Position numbers and translations under genes: made by a program
Notes under the pieces: model-generated
Seen by the model: the letters and a program-made list of their open reading frames with translations, nothing else
Database searches by the model: none
What the model was told of the DNA's origin: nothing
Source: an uncultured Gemmatimonadales bacterium
Lineage (GTDB): Bacteria; Gemmatimonadota; Gemmatimonadetes; Gemmatimonadales; GWC2-71-9
Direction of reading: 5' to 3'
DNA length: 64,000 nucleotides
NCBI GenBank assembly: GCA_963707875.1
Contig: CAVPRU010000003.1
Location: 358,498-422,497, forward strand
Part shown: positions 51,857 to 60,759 of the stretch, in pieces
Layout: every line of letters starts with the position of its first letter
How positions within the stretch are numbered: the stretch's first letter is position 1

Positions 51857-52876
51857 TCACACATCACGGACGTCGACGTGAATGCGATGAAGTGTTGCGG
51901 CAGGCTCCAGGATCAGTCGGTAGGGAATGATTGGCGACAGGAGACTCGGCGTCCCGTTCCGAAGGGCCGTTACCCCTGCTTCATCTTCCCGGTGGATCAG
52001 GTAGCAGTAGGCGATCCCCAGATCATGCGCTGCGGCCATGACGGCGGCAAGGAGCTGGGGTGCAAGCCGTGACCCAGTGCCGAACCAGTCATAGAGGTAC
52101 CATGAGCGGAGCTCTTCGGCGGGTCCGGGAATCGGAGGGCACCAGCGGTCTAACCCGGGTACGGTGCTTCTCGCCGCACGGAGGAGTCGAAGCGGCCAAG
52201 GCAGGGATTCGACGACCTCAGCGAAGATCCCCTCATTGCTCCAGGCGGAGCACCCGGCTGATTGGCTGCCGTTTGTCGCGATCCACGAACCCCGGTGCCC
52301 TCGGGTGCTGAGGTGACGTTCGGGTGTGGGGCAGAAATCGAACGGCCCCGCGGTGGCGAGCAACTGGCGATGGACCTCCTCTGGCGAGGTGAGCACCGCT
52401 GCGCGCCGCGCCTCCGTGGGAGGACGGACCGGAAGGACGAGGTATCGGTAACCACCGACGTCGGTCCCCCCAAGCGCCGTCAGGAGTCGGTGCGCGGGCT
52501 TGTTTGCCGCCATGACATATGTATACGCCATGGTGGAACGCTCTCGAGCCCAGACTCGAGTGGCTTCGCAAAGCATCTGGGCCACGCCCCGGCCTCGTGC
52601 CGCAGGGTCAACCCGGAGGTCGAGATAGAGTGCCGCGCGACACGGCTCACCGCGAAAGACGACTGGCTTGATGGCCGCCCCCGCCACTCCGGCCAGTCGA
52701 CCCTGCTCCCGCGCCGTGAAGATTGTCCATTCGCTGAACCCCTCGATCCTCGAATGGAAGGTGGGGCGCCGGAAGGAGAGCTGGAGGCCGGTGCCCTGCA
52801 CGCAGCGTCGCTCGAGTTCCAATGCCTCGCCGCTGTCCTCGGGTGTGTAGGTGCCGAGGAGGAATTCACTGGGCAC
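51857..52876 (-). CDS. GNAT family N-acyltransferase
   Basis: YLDLRVDPAARGRGVAQML (acyl-CoA binding motif A); GTG at 52876 overlaps the end of the DUF3419 gene. Confidence 0.78.
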   Translation of the reverse strand: MPSEFLLGTYTPEDSGEALELERRCVQGTGLQLSFRRPTFHSRIEGFSEWTIFTAREQGRLAGVAGAAIKPVVFRGEPCRAALYLDLRVDPAARGRGVAQMLCEATRVWARERSTMAYTYVMAANKPAHRLLTALGGTDVGGYRYLVLPVRPPTEARRAAVLTSPEEVHRQLLATAGPFDFCPTPERHLSTRGHRGSWIATNGSQSAGCSAWSNEGIFAEVVESLPWPLRLLRAARSTVPGLDRWCPPIPGPAEELRSWYLYDWFGTGSRLAPQLLAAVMAAAHDLGIAYCYLIHREDEAGVTALRNGTPSLLSPIIPYRLILEPAATLHRIHVDVRDV

Positions 52877-53975
52877 GGGCCACCGCCTCCCACGCCAGAA
52901 AGTCGTATGCAAACGACCGATCGACCGTTGCCAGTTGGCGCTCTATCACGCGATCCCGCCTGAGATCCGGCGCCATCGCGTCGTCCGGGTCGTACCGGGT
53001 GAGGAACTGCCGCATCAGGATCCGCGCCCCGGGGGCGGCTGCGCGCGCAACGCCGCCGAGGAGGCGAGCCATCTCGTGCTCGTCGAGAAACGAGGGGACG
53101 TCGGACAGGGAGAACCCGGTGTATCGCCCTGGCGGACAGCTCTCGAGGTGCTCCAGCAGACTTGCCACCTCGTGGGTCAGGAGCCCGGTCCGAGCTCGGA
53201 TGACCGTGCACACGCGTTCGTCGAGATACGGCGGCAGGTCATCGGTCGTGAGACGCCCCGTGAGAACGAGGGCCAGGACGGCGCTCTCCCGGGCGAGGCA
53301 CCGCTGCAGCAGGGCCTCGATCCTGTCATGAATCATCTTGCCGGGCGAAACCCGGTGCTTGGACTCGAAGGCGGGATCTCCCAGCAACCAGCGCACCGCA
53401 GGGCGGCTCAGCGCGAGACTGAACGCCGCTCGCCACGCTGGTCGTTGCCAGTGATGCGCAACGAATGCCCGCTGGGCGTCGAGGTCCGTGAATCGAAAGA
53501 GCTCCCGCACCATGCCGGGAGCGGCGAGCGTCCCGAGCAGGGCGGCTCGGCCGAAATACCGTTCCCATCGCCCTCGGTACAAGATCCCGCTCGCGACATC
53601 ATTGGGCCGCGCCGTCCAAAACTCCTGGGTCGCCGGTTCGAGAGCCCCCAGCAGGCCATGCAGCGTCGAGTGGCGTTCGCGAGGCGTCCCTGTGTGCAGG
53701 CCGAGAAAGGTGGCGTATTCGCTGTGCTCAAGATGCTGCAGGGCGGCGACCTTGAGCGCAAGGAGGTGATCCTGCGCGGGATTGCAGTCGATCGCGTGAA
53801 CCTGCGCGAGTCCGGCGGCGAGCAGGTTCAAAGGGCGGTCGCCGCCACCGGTGATGCAGAGGATACGTTCGCCAACTCCCGTTCGGAGCCAGGATGCCTC
53901 GGGCCGCCAATCCTCGTTAACGGCGGTGTAGTTGAGGCCGTTCCAGAATCCGGTCGCAGCGTCGGCGACTTTCAT
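52866..53975 (-). CDS. DUF3419/BtaA-like SAM-dependent 3-amino-3-carboxypropyl transferase
   Basis: LNYTAVNED...E, ILCITGGG..LNLL, AIDCNPAQ.HLLALKVAA, FSLSDVPSF, AAPGARI. Confidence 0.82.
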   Translation of the reverse strand: MKVADAATGFWNGLNYTAVNEDWRPEASWLRTGVGERILCITGGGDRPLNLLAAGLAQVHAIDCNPAQDHLLALKVAALQHLEHSEYATFLGLHTGTPRERHSTLHGLLGALEPATQEFWTARPNDVASGILYRGRWERYFGRAALLGTLAAPGMVRELFRFTDLDAQRAFVAHHWQRPAWRAAFSLALSRPAVRWLLGDPAFESKHRVSPGKMIHDRIEALLQRCLARESAVLALVLTGRLTTDDLPPYLDERVCTVIRARTGLLTHEVASLLEHLESCPPGRYTGFSLSDVPSFLDEHEMARLLGGVARAAAPGARILMRQFLTRYDPDDAMAPDLRRDRVIERQLATVDRSFAYDFLAWEAVARAQ

Positions 53976-54652
53976 TCAATCCCTGAGGTTAGTCGCCCAT
54001 CCACAATTCGCAGCAGTCGGTCCGCGGCGGACTCCAGGCGTTGATCGTGAGTGGCAATCAGGATCGCAGCCCCGCGGGTGCGCGCGGTTCGGACCAGCAG
54101 GTCGGCCACCTGCCGACCAAGCGCCCCATCCAGACTGGCCGTCGGCTCGTCAGCCAGCACCAGTGCGGGACGGTGGACAAGCGCACGGGCAATGGACACG
54201 CGCATCTCCTCACCTCCGGACAGTTCGGTCGGCAGGTGATCGGCTCGTTTTTCGAGACCCAGTTCCTCAATCAGACGGTCGGTTTCGAGGAGGCCTTCGT
54301 GGGTGGGCAGTCCGCCGAGAGCTGCCATCATCCTGATGTTGTCCCTGGCGGTCAACCGGGACAACAGGGCGGACCGTTGAAAGACGAACCCGACGGAGAT
54401 GGCGCGCAGGGCCCGCCTCGCCGAGGGCGTCAGGGTATCGAGTGCCCTGCCGGCCAGGGTCACCCGTCCAGTCTCCGGGGTGAGGAGCCCGGCCGACAGG
54501 GCAAGCAGTGTCGTCTTCCCGGAACCACTTGGCCCTTGAAGGAGGACGACTTCGCCCGGCGCGAGCGCCAGAGATACGTCGCTGACTGCGATGACAGCGC
54601 GCGCACCGAGCCCACGCCGGCGGCTCACCCCTTCAAGGCAGAGGACGTTCAC
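53972..54652 (-). CDS. ABC transporter ATP-binding protein (LolD/MacB-like)
   Basis: GPSGSGKTT, VGFVFQ, LSGGE, LADEPT, ATHD. Confidence 0.93.
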   Translation of the reverse strand: MNVLCLEGVSRRRGLGARAVIAVSDVSLALAPGEVVLLQGPSGSGKTTLLALSAGLLTPETGRVTLAGRALDTLTPSARRALRAISVGFVFQRSALLSRLTARDNIRMMAALGGLPTHEGLLETDRLIEELGLEKRADHLPTELSGGEEMRVSIARALVHRPALVLADEPTASLDGALGRQVADLLVRTARTRGAAILIATHDQRLESAADRLLRIVDGRLTSGIE

Positions 54653-55755
54653 GGTCGGAAGGCCTCGAGCGGGTCGAGCCGGCGCAGCCGTGCCACCGGA
54701 ATCGCTGCGGCGAGAACGGCGGCGGCGACGAAGATGCCGAGGATCCGGAGGTCGTCGTCCCAGGCGAAGGCGAGGGCCACGGTCGGGGCGACGCGATCGA
54801 GGATCAGCGCCAGCAGTCTGGCCGCTGCGCTGCCCGCCACCACACCGGCGACAGCGAGCACTCCGGCTCGGAGCGGCAGCAGGATCCCGAGGGATCCCGC
54901 CGAGGCGCCCACGGCCAGGAGAACCGCGATTTCCCCGCGCAGTTCCTCCACCATCCCCTGGATGAGGAGGATGACAAGCACTGCGGCCACCGTGATGCCC
55001 AGGAGGCCCACCAGACGCATCACCGGGAGGATGCCGGCCGCCACCTCGCGGACGTTGTTGGCGACGAAACTGTCGCGGGACATGATCTCCACATGTTGGA
55101 GCCGGCTCGCGATACCTTGAGCCACCATGGTTCGATCCGCCCCGGGTTCGAGTTGGACGGCGACGAACGAATATCGCTCCGGCATCCCGAGCGAACGGCG
55201 CACCGCATCAAGATCGAAGAAGGCGAACTGGGTCGCCAAGAGATTGGTGCCGCTGGTCAAGCCGACCACGAGCTTGGGCGTGCCGTTGACGAGCACGGTG
55301 TCGCCGAGTCCAACGTTGAGTCGGTACGCGGCGGCGCGATCAAGGGCGGTCTCCTCGGAACCGGCGGGGTTCCGGCCCGCCCGGAGCATCGGCGGGCCGC
55401 CCAGGGCATTGGGCCTGGTGCCGATTCCCATCAGGGTGAGCGAGCGTCCCGGGTTTGCGGCGGACGACACCGTGAGAAATCCACGCACCAGTGGGCCGAC
55501 TGCCGCCACGCCGGGTGTCGCCCGGATGGAATCGTCGGTCCACGAGGGCAGCAGCCCGGACGAGCGGATCAGGTTGTCCGTCCCCTCGGGCGCCACCCAC
55601 AGATCAATGGTTGGTTGCCCGGCATAGTCCCGAACGCTCTCCACCAGGCTGCGATGCGCGGCGGTCAGCACGAGCACCAACAGCGAAGTGAGGGTGATGC
55701 CCGCCCCAGTGATGGCAACGCGCAGGGGGCGGCCCCGAAGCGAGCGCCACAGCAT
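54649..55755 (-). CDS. ABC transporter permease (FtsX/MacB/LolE-like)
   Basis: N-terminal TM, periplasmic domain (D.WV....T.N, A..L.VGLGDTV.VNG....VVG), EIAVL.AVGA and three C-terminal TMs; ATG 55755. Confidence 0.85.
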   Translation of the reverse strand: MLWRSLRGRPLRVAITGAGITLTSLLVLVLTAAHRSLVESVRDYAGQPTIDLWVAPEGTDNLIRSSGLLPSWTDDSIRATPGVAAVGPLVRGFLTVSSAANPGRSLTLMGIGTRPNALGGPPMLRAGRNPAGSEETALDRAAAYRLNVGLGDTVLVNGTPKLVVGLTSGTNLLATQFAFFDLDAVRRSLGMPERYSFVAVQLEPGADRTMVAQGIASRLQHVEIMSRDSFVANNVREVAAGILPVMRLVGLLGITVAAVLVILLIQGMVEELRGEIAVLLAVGASAGSLGILLPLRAGVLAVAGVVAGSAAARLLALILDRVAPTVALAFAWDDDLRILGIFVAAAVLAAAIPVARLRRLDPLEAFRP

Positions 55756-55778
55756 GATCGTCGCACCGATCCGCGGCA

Positions 55779-56816
55779 CTACTGCCCCGCCACCAGGGCA
55801 GAAAGCGCCACGAGGAACGCCGCGGGATCCGCTGCTGCATGCGCCGCCAGGTTCCGCACGGCGGCTCCGTCCACGTCGCGATACCGGCCGGCGGTAAACC
55901 GGAGCCCGGGAGTCGCCGCCACACGCCCGAGCTCCACCGGCTCGCATCCTGCGGCCCGCATCGCCTCGGCCGCCTCGGCGTACCGATGCGCGGGCACGGT
56001 GTAGACGAGCTCGAACTCGCCGTGCGGCTGGGCGAGCGGGACGAGTGGGTCGAGCCCCGCAGTCCGACAGAAGGCCAGGGCCGAGGGAATCAGCAACGCG
56101 TCGGGAGTGGAAGTGATTTCGATGCCGACGCTGTTCAGGCGGGCGAGCTGATCGAGGGCGGCGATGAGGCCGTCGCTGGTGTCGATGCCGCAGCTGGCGA
56201 TGGCGGCCATGGCCTGGCCGGCTGCCACTCGCGCCCGCGGACGGAATCGATGTGACGGCAAGGCGGGCAGCCCGGGAATGCACCGTGCAACCGGTCCAAC
56301 GCCGGCGCCGAGTGGACCGGTGCAACAGACCACGTCTCCCAGGGCGGCACCGCGGCGCGTCAGGTAGCGTCCCGGAGCGATGATCCCCGCGGCGGTGGTG
56401 GTCAACGCGATGGCATCTCCCAGGCTGGTGTCGCCACCGAGCACCCAGGTCCCTACGTCAGCACAGGCCTCCGCCAGTCCTCTCCCGATGCCATCCTGCC
56501 ACATCCCGGTTGTCTGGTGCGGCAGGGTTACCGCTGCAAGCAGTCCGATTGGCATCGCCCCAACGGCGGCAAGATCCGAGAGGCTGGCCACCGCGGCGAC
56601 CCAACCTGCCGTCTCGGGATCATCGTACAGGCCGAGGGCAAGTTCCTCGGCGATGGAGTCGGTCGTCAGCGCCAGGATGGAACCGTCGGGCAGTCGCACC
56701 AGTTCTGCGTCGCCTTCGTGCAGCTCGGTGAGCTGGTCGGGGTGCCGAGGCAGCACATCGTACCAGCGGGTGACGAGGCGGCACTCCTCGATCGCCATGA
56801 GGTCGGTCAGCGGCAT
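55779..56816 (-). CDS. ThiL-like kinase (AIR synthase-related fold)
   Basis: GDAELV, LTTDSIAE, ASLSDLAAVGA.P, VLGGDT, RRGA..GD.V..TG.LG, IDTSDGL, GEFELVYT. Confidence 0.8.
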   Translation of the reverse strand: MPLTDLMAIEECRLVTRWYDVLPRHPDQLTELHEGDAELVRLPDGSILALTTDSIAEELALGLYDDPETAGWVAAVASLSDLAAVGAMPIGLLAAVTLPHQTTGMWQDGIGRGLAEACADVGTWVLGGDTSLGDAIALTTTAAGIIAPGRYLTRRGAALGDVVCCTGPLGAGVGPVARCIPGLPALPSHRFRPRARVAAGQAMAAIASCGIDTSDGLIAALDQLARLNSVGIEITSTPDALLIPSALAFCRTAGLDPLVPLAQPHGEFELVYTVPAHRYAEAAEAMRAAGCEPVELGRVAATPGLRFTAGRYRDVDGAAVRNLAAHAAADPAAFLVALSALVAGQ

Positions 56817-57743
56817 GCGTCAATGCTCCGCGGAATGACGCGCATGGAAATCTCGGCCGCGAGGGTCGTTTCGCCGTCGAGTTCGAGGGTGACTGGCCGG
56901 TTCGGCCGCACGTCGCAGCCAGCTGCGCGCCAGGAGCGGCGGCCGGGCGCTGCTGCCGAAGTGTCCGCGCGAAAGGTCCAGCAGAACGCGCAGCAAACCC
57001 AGACGATTCATGTCATGACAGAGATGCACGGACAGCAGTCCGTCCGACGGCAGTACCGTCGCCCCATCGTAGCGAAGACCACCGGACACCCACGGAGTCT
57101 TCCCGACGCTGAGATTTGACGCAGCGACGAACAGCGTCTCATCATCGACCCGGAGTGTGGCGTCGATGTTTCGATGTCGTGCAATGGCCGAGAACGCTGC
57201 TCGGGTGATTGCGACGGTGGGGGCGAGCCGCCGGACGATCGCGCCGGCGCCTGCGGCAGTATTGAAGAGCCGATTCCCCTCGGCACACAGCCCGAGGCTC
57301 GCGCTGACCGCGAAGTGCCGCTGATGCCGACGCCCCGTCGGATCGGTCCAGCACGCGAGCCCCACGTCAGTTGGGATGGTGGCTGGCCCGACCCGAACCG
57401 GCACACCGGATTCGCGGGCCTGAACTGGCTTATGGTAGTCGTTGCTCGATCCGAGACCGATCGCGGCGACGGTCGGTCGCCCGCCGCTCGTCGCGCCGCG
57501 CTCGCTGAGCAAGGCATCAACCAGACTGCCAACCGTGCCATCGCCACCGGCGGCGACGAAGGTGCGTACCGATGCTGCGCACGCTTCGTGGACCGCCTCC
57601 CTCCAACGGCCTTCCCGGTCGAGCTCCACGACGGGACCGTTGAATTGGGGGGGAAGTGCACGCGCCACAGCGGGCCAACGCCGCGCGGCGCTGCCGCCCC
57701 CGGCTTGCGGATTGAGAAGGATGAAGGCAGGTGCCGGAGGCAT
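56807..57743 (-). CDS. Diacylglycerol/sphingosine kinase family lipid kinase (frameshift near 56930)
   Basis: LNPQAGGG, AAGGDGTV, GLGSSNDY. The conserved ELDGE motif lies in another frame (RPVTLELDGETT...IDACR*), whose stop at 56807 overlaps the ThiL-like start. Confidence 0.82.
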
Positions 57744-58720
57744 CAGATTTGGCTCCGATCCGGGCGGAGCGGCAGCATCAACTCGAAGACGGCGGCGCCC
57801 AGAAGTGCCGCGACGGACAGGCGGACATCGGCAGCTGCCGCGAGCGCGAGTTGGAGGTGAACGTGGGCTCGGGCGCTCCACGCGACAGCCCGGTAGGCCA
57901 GGCGTTCATCATGCTGACGCAGGAGTTTGCCATGGGCGAGGAGGAGCCCGAGTATTCCGGAACCAGCCAGGAGGGTCACCGCGAAGTTCGCTGCGGCACC
58001 CAGTTCGGTCCATGCCCAGACCCACGCGGTGACTGCTCCGGCGGCCAGTCCCATGCTGACGATGGTCGCCGGACGCCACCCGAAGACGACGGGCAGGGTT
58101 CGATACCCCGTCGCACGATCTGCGGTGATGTCCTTGAAATACCCGACCAGGACGAACACGGCGTAGCTGAGGAACGCCGCCGCCATCGCGGCGCGCACGC
58201 CGCGACGCGCCAGCGTCTCCGCGATGCTGCCTCCGCCGCAGAGCGCGCCCATCAATGGCAGCAGAGCCACAATCCACGCGTTCCATACCGGGCCGGCCCA
58301 CCAGCAGCGCTTGAACCAGGAATAGCCGACGAGGCCAGCCACGATCAGTGCACCGACCGGCAGGGCCTCGGGGTTGAAGAGGGTGAGGATGAGCACGCTG
58401 CAGCCAAGGCCAGCGAGGCTGACCATTGCGACGTCGCGCTGGCGGATGACGCCTCGCGGCAGCGGCCGATATGGGGCGGAGAGGGCGTCGGTGTCGGTCT
58501 GAAAGACATCGGTGAGCGCCTGTCCGAATCCGTACGCCGGGAGGAAAGCGATCGTCCCTGCCATGAGTTGCCACACCGTGAGATTTCCGACCAGCCCCAG
58601 CCCGAGCAAGCCGGACGCGCCGGATAGCATGCTCAGATACGGCCGGAACGTCACCAGGTATGCTCGCCAGAACGCGAACGATCCTGGGGAGGCAGGCGGT
58701 TCAGCGGTGGGAGAATGCAT
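57743..58720 (-). CDS. UbiA family prenyltransferase (DGGGP synthase/ChlG-like motifs)
   Basis: LTDVFQTDTDALSAPYRPLPRG (motif I), YFKDITADRATGYRTLPVVFG (motif II); multiple TM. Confidence 0.85.
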   Translation of the reverse strand: MHSPTAEPPASPGSFAFWRAYLVTFRPYLSMLSGASGLLGLGLVGNLTVWQLMAGTIAFLPAYGFGQALTDVFQTDTDALSAPYRPLPRGVIRQRDVAMVSLAGLGCSVLILTLFNPEALPVGALIVAGLVGYSWFKRCWWAGPVWNAWIVALLPLMGALCGGGSIAETLARRGVRAAMAAAFLSYAVFVLVGYFKDITADRATGYRTLPVVFGWRPATIVSMGLAAGAVTAWVWAWTELGAAANFAVTLLAGSGILGLLLAHGKLLRQHDERLAYRAVAWSARAHVHLQLALAAAADVRLSVAALLGAAVFELMLPLRPDRSQI

Positions 58721-60128
58721 CGCGATCGCCAGGGGAAGTGGACGCGCACTGATCCAGCAGGCCGTAACGACGGCTGACGTCGGCCAATGCATCGGTGACG
58801 CGGGACAAGTCTTCCGCCGTGTGGCGCGCATTGACTGCGAGGCGGAGAATTGCCTCCCCTGCCGGGACGGCAGGGTAGTCGGCACCGCCGACCTTGATGC
58901 CCGCGCGCAGCAGTTCCTCACTCACTCGGACCAGCACGTCAGTCTCGCCGACGGGGATGGCGAGGATGGGGCTCTGCGGCGGGAACGGAACGGGGATGCC
59001 GATGTCGCGAAGCAGGCTCGACAGGCGCGTGGTGTTCTCCCAGAGCTGTTCGCGCGGACCGGGATCATCGCGCATCACCTGGAACGCCATGGTGAGTCCG
59101 GCGCAGGTGGCGGCCGGCAGCGCCGCGGTGAACACCCCGCTCCGCGCGAAGAAGCGGAGATAGGTGATCAGCTCCTTGCTCCCACAGACATATCCGCCGA
59201 CGCCGCCCGCGGCCTTGCTGAAGGTGCCCACCAGCACGTCAATCGCTCCTGGGAGGCCGAAGTGATCCTCCAGGCCACGGCCGCGAGGTCCCACGATGCC
59301 GGTCGCATGTGCCTCGTCCATCAGGAGCGCAGCGCCGGATGCCGTGGCGATGCGCCGAAGCTCCGGCAGCGGCGACATCGTTCCGTGCATGCTGAAAATG
59401 CCGTCGGTGACGATCAGTTTCCCGCCGCGTGAACCGGTCTCTGATTCGAGACGGCCCGCCAGGGCCGCCATGTCGCCGTGAGCCCAGACCCGCCGCTTGG
59501 CGGTGCAGGCCGCTGCGCCGTCATGCAGGGAAGCGTGAGCGAACTGGTCGATGAACACGGTATCCTGGCGTCGAAGCAACCCGACGAGCGCCCCGGCGCA
59601 TGCCGCATACCCGCTCGGGAAGACCATGCAGTCTTCCCGCCCGTGAAAGTCGGACACCACCTCTTCGAGGGCCCGCAGGTACACATTCGTGCCGCCGAGG
59701 AGCTGCGCGCTCGGCGTCCCCGCTCCGACGACGTCCAGCGCTTGGTGCACGGCCTCGACAACTCTCGGATCCCGGTGAAGTCCCAGGTAGCTATTGGAGT
59801 CGAAGCAGATGTACTCGCGGACGGAGCCATCGAATGGGTCGCGGGCCGTGATCCGGTGGTCGAGTCCACTGGTCAGGGTGATTCGGTAGAGGCGAGCCGC
59901 CCCACCAGACGATCCGACTGTTTGCAGTGCCGTGGTGAAGGCCGCGCATTTGCGGAACAGGTCGGGCCCGTCCGCCCGGAAACAATCAACCACGGGAGAA
60001 CGTCCCATGGCTGGCTGATGGTCAGTGGCGGAGGGGCCAGCAACGCCGGGAAACCGGTCGTCGGGTTCCGGGGTGGAGAGCCCGGGTTCCGGCGGCAATT
60101 GGAGGCGCTGTGGGGTGTCGTGGTGCAT
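58701..60128 (-). CDS. Alpha-oxoamine synthase (serine palmitoyltransferase/AONS family)
   Basis: FDSNSYLGL, FPSGY, DQFAHASLHDG, VTDGIFSMHG, DEAHATG, GTFSKA (PLP Lys), YPAVP....LR; start uncertain. Confidence 0.88.
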   Translation of the reverse strand: MHHDTPQRLQLPPEPGLSTPEPDDRFPGVAGPSATDHQPAMGRSPVVDCFRADGPDLFRKCAAFTTALQTVGSSGGAARLYRITLTSGLDHRITARDPFDGSVREYICFDSNSYLGLHRDPRVVEAVHQALDVVGAGTPSAQLLGGTNVYLRALEEVVSDFHGREDCMVFPSGYAACAGALVGLLRRQDTVFIDQFAHASLHDGAAACTAKRRVWAHGDMAALAGRLESETGSRGGKLIVTDGIFSMHGTMSPLPELRRIATASGAALLMDEAHATGIVGPRGRGLEDHFGLPGAIDVLVGTFSKAAGGVGGYVCGSKELITYLRFFARSGVFTAALPAATCAGLTMAFQVMRDDPGPREQLWENTTRLSSLLRDIGIPVPFPPQSPILAIPVGETDVLVRVSEELLRAGIKVGGADYPAVPAGEAILRLAVNARHTAEDLSRVTDALADVSRRYGLLDQCASTSPGDRDAFSHR

Positions 60129-60759
60129 CCAGACATCCTTTCTTGGGTCGAAGGAAGACTGGAGCCCATCGCAAGCTTCGCCCGCTGGCGGCCTCGATAC
60201 GATATTGAATCGGGACCGCGAAGTATGGCTTGACGCATCACGAAGCGCTACGAGCCCGCCCGGGTCCAGGGCTGGCGCTTCCCGTGAGTCCACTCGAGCG
60301 GCTCCGGGAAGCGCCGCCGATCTTGCGGACCGCCACACGATCGGCCGCCGCCAGCGGGATGTTATGCGTGCCAGCCATTTCATGCGCCACCTCACTCGTC
60401 GCACTGTTTGCTGGTCTCCTGAGCGTTGCCGTTCCCATCCACGTCAACGACCATCGACCACCTGTCAACTGGTGCTGATTCTCGGGTGGGAGTATCACTG
60501 CGCGGAGTCAAGCAGGAGTCAAGAGCGAAACCGTGTCAGCCTGCGCCGAATTCCCTTGACGGCCATCGACCGGGTGAGAGTCAGGAGGTTCAACTCCGGA
60601 AAGCCATTGCTGGCATACACCGGTGTGTTCCTCGCGGTGGGGGCAGTCCTTGCCAGCAAGCGACTTTGCCAGACACCACGGGGGTCTTCTTGTTTCGCCC
60701 CGATGCACCTCACCAAGCGCATTCGCCCGGGCATGCGGTGCCGCCCCGCTCGGGTTCCC

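Noticed and set aside
55779-56816. Assigning gene symbol thiL
   Set aside because: Fold motifs fit, but the context is lipid-related and no thiamine genes are nearby.
58701-60128. Calling the oxoamine synthase bioF or spt outright
   Set aside because: Family motifs are shared among SPT, BioF and KBL. No bio genes are adjacent, and substrate cannot be read from the sequence by eye.
60238-60498. Ser/Gly-rich small ORF as a RiPP precursor for the operon
   Set aside because: No RiPP maturase in the operon, no clear RBS, and composition typical of shadow ORFs.
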